Part shown: positions 59,660 through 64,000 of the stretch, piece after piece
Layout: the number at the start of each line of letters is the position of its first letter
Position numbering within the stretch: the stretch's first letter is position 1
Origin: Rhizaria sp. SCN 62-66
Lineage: Eukaryota
Direction of reading: 5' to 3'
Assembly: GCA_001724265.1 (NCBI GenBank)
Contig: MEDY01000052.1
Coordinates: 1 to 64,000, forward strand
DNA: 64,000 nucleotides
Notes under the pieces: model-generated
The model's database searches: none
What the model was told of the DNA's origin: nothing
Seen by the model: only the letters and a program-made list of their open reading frames with translations
Program-made: the position numbers and the translations under genes

Positions 59660-60117
59660 GCGTGACAGAGCGAGGACTGAACCGCGAAATGTGAAGTGGC
59701 TCGCTTCATGAGTGTGAGGCGATAGAGTACATTGTAGGGCCAGGTGCAATTTAGGTTTCATCGCTGTTATTCCTATTATTACAAATAAAACACATTAAAT
59801 TCACAATCCATTAATCTATTTCACTCCGAATCTTCGACTCGAATAATCATTGTATGGAAACTATTTTTGTTCTTAACACAATGCTCAGTATTACGCAAAT
59901 GTAAGCGTTTGCTTGCAGTCTAGCTGTGTTTTCTCGTTGATGCGACACAGGGTTGAAAATGCACGCGGGCCCCGGTCCAACCTGGGCCTGTGATGTGCAC
60001 TTGCTGACGCTGTGTGCGTGTGGGACAAGTGAAATCTTGCACTGCTGTCTAAAGCAGTCTGTCTATCTAAAATAAAAAATCAGTCTACCCTAATGTGGAA
60101 CATTGCTTCACACAGTT

Positions 60118-63100
60118 TTAGCCACGGAACCAGCGCGTCAGCAGTCCAGCGCCAGCCACAGGAGCTTGCGCGGGCGCAGCAGTTTTGCCTGTCGCACCAG
60201 CGCCAGCACGATGGCCACCGGGCATAGCGTTCTCAGCGTCATCACCTTCGCTCTCAGCAATGCTGTTGTCGCCGTCGTCATCATCCTCAGCGTCGCGCGC
60301 TGCCGCGGCGGCCTCGAGATCAGCAATGCGCTGCTGCTGCGCCTTCATCGCGTCAAGCAGCTTGCGCACGCGCGCGCGGCCCTCGTTGACCTCAACCTCG
60401 AGCTTGTCCTTGGCGGCAGACACTTCCGCAAGCGCGACGTTGCTTTCGGAGAGCTTCTCCTCCAGCTCGCGCGCAAGCCGCGTGACATCAGTTGCGCGCC
60501 ACGCCTCGAACTGAGTCAGCTTCTCTTCCGCCTTGTCGCGCTGCGCGGTCACCTTGGCAAGCTCGGCTTCATGCGCCGCCGTTGTCGCAGCCACAGAAGC
60601 CGTCGCCCGTGCGCTCGCGGCGGCCTCGGCGTCAGCCTTCTCCTGCGCCAGCGCGCCCGCGCGCAGCTCAGCGGCCGCGGCCTCACTGCGCGCAGCCTCG
60701 CGCTCGCGCGACAGAGCAGCCTCACGGTCCGCCAGCGCGCGCACCTGCTGCTGCAGCCCGTCGCGCTCGCCGCGCAGCTTCGCAGCCTCGGCGCGTGCCG
60801 CCGCAGCGCCCGCCGCGGCCTCGGTAAGACGGCGCCGCAGTGACGCAGCCTCTTCTTCGGCCGCAGCCGCCGCCTCGCGCGCGGTCTTGCGGACGGACTC
60901 GAGCGACTGACGCAATGCGACGAGTTCGCTCTCGGCACCGGCGCGCCAGGCAGCCTCGGAGTCACGCTCGCGCGCGCGGTCCTCGACAGCGGCACCGACG
61001 GCCTGCGTCTCAGCAAGAATCGCCTCCAGCTGAGTCGCCAGTGACGCGCGCTCGGCTTCGACCGCCGCAAGCGCCGCCGCAGCGTCAGTGGCAGCCGCAG
61101 CCGCCACACTGACCTCGCTCGCGGCCGCCGTGCGCGCCGCGGTCGCCGTCGCCAGGCGCGCCGCGTCCGCTGCAGCGCGCGCGTCAGCATCGGCCAGCGC
61201 CGCCTCGGCAGCACCGAGCGCCGCATTCGCTGCGGCGGCCTCGGCACTGGCGGCCGCGGCGGCGTCGTTAGCGACCGCTGCAACGCGCTCGAACTCAGCG
61301 AGCTGCTCGACAGCGCGTAGAAGCTCGCCCTCAAGCGCCTCAGCGCCTGACTCAAGCTCTGCACAGCGCGCACGCGCAGCGGCGGCGTCGGCCTCCGCAG
61401 CAGCAGTTGCGGCTTCCGCAGCAGTGGCGGCAGCTTCAGCCTCAGCAGTGGCAGTTGTTGCAGCGGCGCGCGCGTTGGCAAGCTCGAGAGCCAGCGCGGC
61501 CGCTGTAGCCTCGGACTCGGCGCGGGCGCGCTCAGCAGCGCCATAGGCGGCCTGAGACTGCGCAAGCGCGGCCTGCGCCTGCGCCAAATTGGCTTCAGCA
61601 GTGGCGGCGGCGGCCTGGGCGGTCTTCGCCTCCGTAAACGCGGTTTGCGCCGCCTGAGCCTCCGCTGCGGCAGCAGCTTCCGCCGTCTCAACAGCAGCCA
61701 CAGAAGCTTCCACCGCGGCCTCAGCAACCTCGAGTCGCTCTTTAGCAGCGGAAAGCTCAGCCTGGTACACGCAGAGCTCCTCGCCCGCACCAGCAGCGTC
61801 GTTCTGCGCGGTCTCAAGAGCGGCTTGCATTTTGCGAAGCTCAAACTGCGCGGCCTGCAGCGCGCACTGCGTCGTGCTAAGCTCGCTCTGCGCAGCCGAA
61901 AGCGCGCTTTGCGCTGCGGCGCCATCATTGCGGGCGCCGTCACGCTCAGAAGTTGCAATATCACGCGCGGAAACAGCACTATCACGCTCAGTACGAGTGC
62001 CGTCACGCTCAGCCAAAGCGTTGTCGCGCTCAGCAAAGGCAGCGTCACGCTGGGCACAGGCAGCAGCTTGCTCAGTCTCAGCGGTTTTGCGCGCCACAAA
62101 AGCAGCATCGCGCTCCTCAACAAGGCGATCACGGACAGCATTAGTGGCCTTGTGCGCAGCCTCGCTCTGAACAAGCGCGGCGCGCGCCTCAGCCAAGTCA
62201 GCCGTACTCTGCTTAAGAGCAGCGAGGCTCTGCTCAAGCGCGCTCTGGCTCTGCGCAAGATCGATCTTGCACTGACTCAGATCCTTCTCACACTGAGTGA
62301 GCTCGGACTTGCACTCAGAAAGTGCGACCACAGCGGCGGCAAACTCAGCCTGCGCGCGCTCACACTCACTGCGGCTGGATGCAAGTGCAGCCTGAAGCTG
62401 TGCAACTGCAGCCGCCTGGGCCGTAACCGCAGCCTCCGCCTCAACCACAAACGCACGCGCAGCGGCAACCTCAGTATCGGCCTTAGACAGCGCGGCACGT
62501 GCGGCGATAGCGTCAGCCTCCGCAGCGGCAGCGCTCTCTTTAGCCTCTGCAGCCTCAGCGAGTGCAGCCTTGGCAGCGGCCCCAGCCTCAGCAGCAGCCT
62601 CGAGGGCCGTCGAGGCCTCGGCCTTGGCAGCACTTGCCTCCGCATTAGCGCTCTCAGTCTTAGCGCGAGCGGCCGCAGCCTCGCTCACAGCATCAGCAGC
62701 GGCCGCGAGTGCAGCGGACGTCGCTTCACCGGCAGCAGCAACGGCGCTCTTGGCGGCAGCGGCCTCAGCCTTAGCGGCCTCAGCCTCTGCGGCAGCTGCA
62801 ATAACGGCAGCCTGGGCAGTCTGAGTCGCAGCCTTCGCGGTCGCTGTCTCGGCCATAGCAGCCTCCATATCCGACTTAGCGCTCTGAGCTTCGGCTTGAG
62901 CAGCCTTAGCATCAGCCTGAGCGCTCTGCGTGGCAGCCTTGGCAGCCTCAGCTTCAGTCGTAGCAGCATCAGCCTTTGCATTGGCGGCAGCGCACTCGGT
63001 CTTCGCGGTCTCAGCTTCAGTCTTGGCTGCGTCAGCCTCAGCATTGGCTGCCTCAGCGGCACGCTTCGCAGCCTTAGCCTCAACCTTAGCAGCGGCCACA

Positions 63101-64000
63101 TCCGCAGCAGCAGCCTCAGCAGCAGCCTTCGCAACAACAGCCTCATCCTTAGCAGCCTGAGCATCAGCCTTGGCAGCGTCAGCAGTCGCGCTCATTTCAG
63201 CAGCCTTAGCCTCAGCAGCCTTAGCCTCAGTCCGAGCAGTCTCAGCCGCAGCAACTGCAGCAGCCGTGTCGTTCGCAGCGGTGGCAGCCTGCGCCTGAGC
63301 AGACTCCGCCTCAGCCTTGGCAGCGGCCGCAACAGCAAGCGCGGCTGAGGCTTCAGCAATAGCCTCAGCAGCTGCAGAGTGCGCAGCGGTGGTCTCTGCC
63401 TTTGCGGCCGCAACCTCTGCAGCGGCAGCAGACGCGGAGGCAGTCGCAGACGCAGCCTCCGCCTTTGCAGCAGCTGCCTCAGCCTTGGCTGCAGCAGCAG
63501 TAGCATCAGCAGCCGCAGCAGTAGCCTCTGCAGCCGCGCACTGCGCCTTAGCCTCAGTGGCCTCAGCGTTAGAGGCCGCAGCAGCAGCAACTGCAGCAGA
63601 AGCCTCTGCCTTAGCCGCGGCCTCAGAAGCCTCAGCAGCATTAGCGCGGGCAACTGCAGCAGAGGCCTCCGCAAGGGCCTCAGTTTTAACGGTCTAAGCC
63701 GCAGCAGCAGTCTCGCGTGCATTCTCAGCAGCAGCCTTGGCAGCCGCAGCGTCAGCGTTGGCGGCGTCAGCGTTAGCCGCCGCAGTCGCGGCCGCAGCCT
63801 GAGCCTGAGCCAACTTGGCAGCAGCGGTCTGCGCGGCCGCCTGGGCGCTTGCAGTCTCAGCTGCAGCAGCCTCAGCTTTCGCGGTTGCAGCAGCAGCGGT
63901 GGCATGGGCAGTAGCAGCCTCAGCGCTTGCCGCGGCCACAGCGCCTTCGGCAGCATCGCGTGCAGCAGCCACTTCGGCCGCCGCAGCAGCCTTGGCATCA
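60118..64000 (-). CDS. Very Ala/Glu-rich long coiled-coil protein (5' end outside window), with an in-frame TAG at 63696-63694
   Basis: ORF 63972-63694 and ORF 63195-60118 are in one frame. Hand translation of 63693-63196 shows no stop. Heptad RD repeats (RDAAFAE RDNALAE RDGTRTE RDSAVSA RDIATSE). Ends TAA. Confidence 0.85.

Overview
Gene-dense stretch of a eukaryotic (protist-like) nuclear genome: GC-rich coding exons, AT-rich intergenic spacers, and 14 reconstructable GT-AG introns of 106-284 nt. About 20 protein-coding genes are present, including TMEM231, a GT8/glycogenin-like enzyme, endonuclease V, an alpha/beta hydrolase, DDX19/Dbp5, USP10-like, eIF3i, TSR2, SDHAF3, MED9, NUP62, and several large low-complexity or coiled-coil proteins. 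I found no RNA genes, CRISPR arrays or recognisable mobile elements. The main finding is a candidate variant nuclear genetic code with decoupled UAR codons. Four TAG codons sit in frame inside otherwise continuous coding sequence (31455, 44756, 48191, 63694), while all 19 gene ends I can identify use TGA (11) or TAA (8) and none uses TAG. This suggests UAG is a sense codon (Gln or Glu fit best; Leu not excluded) while UAA remains a stop. The second finding is an in-frame fusion of an MTAP/MTIP-type phosphorylase with an MTA/SAH deaminase. Also notable are a near-invariant GTACG(T) splice donor and a PAM2-like motif on the GT8 enzyme. All gene names come from motif recognition by eye; no database search was run.
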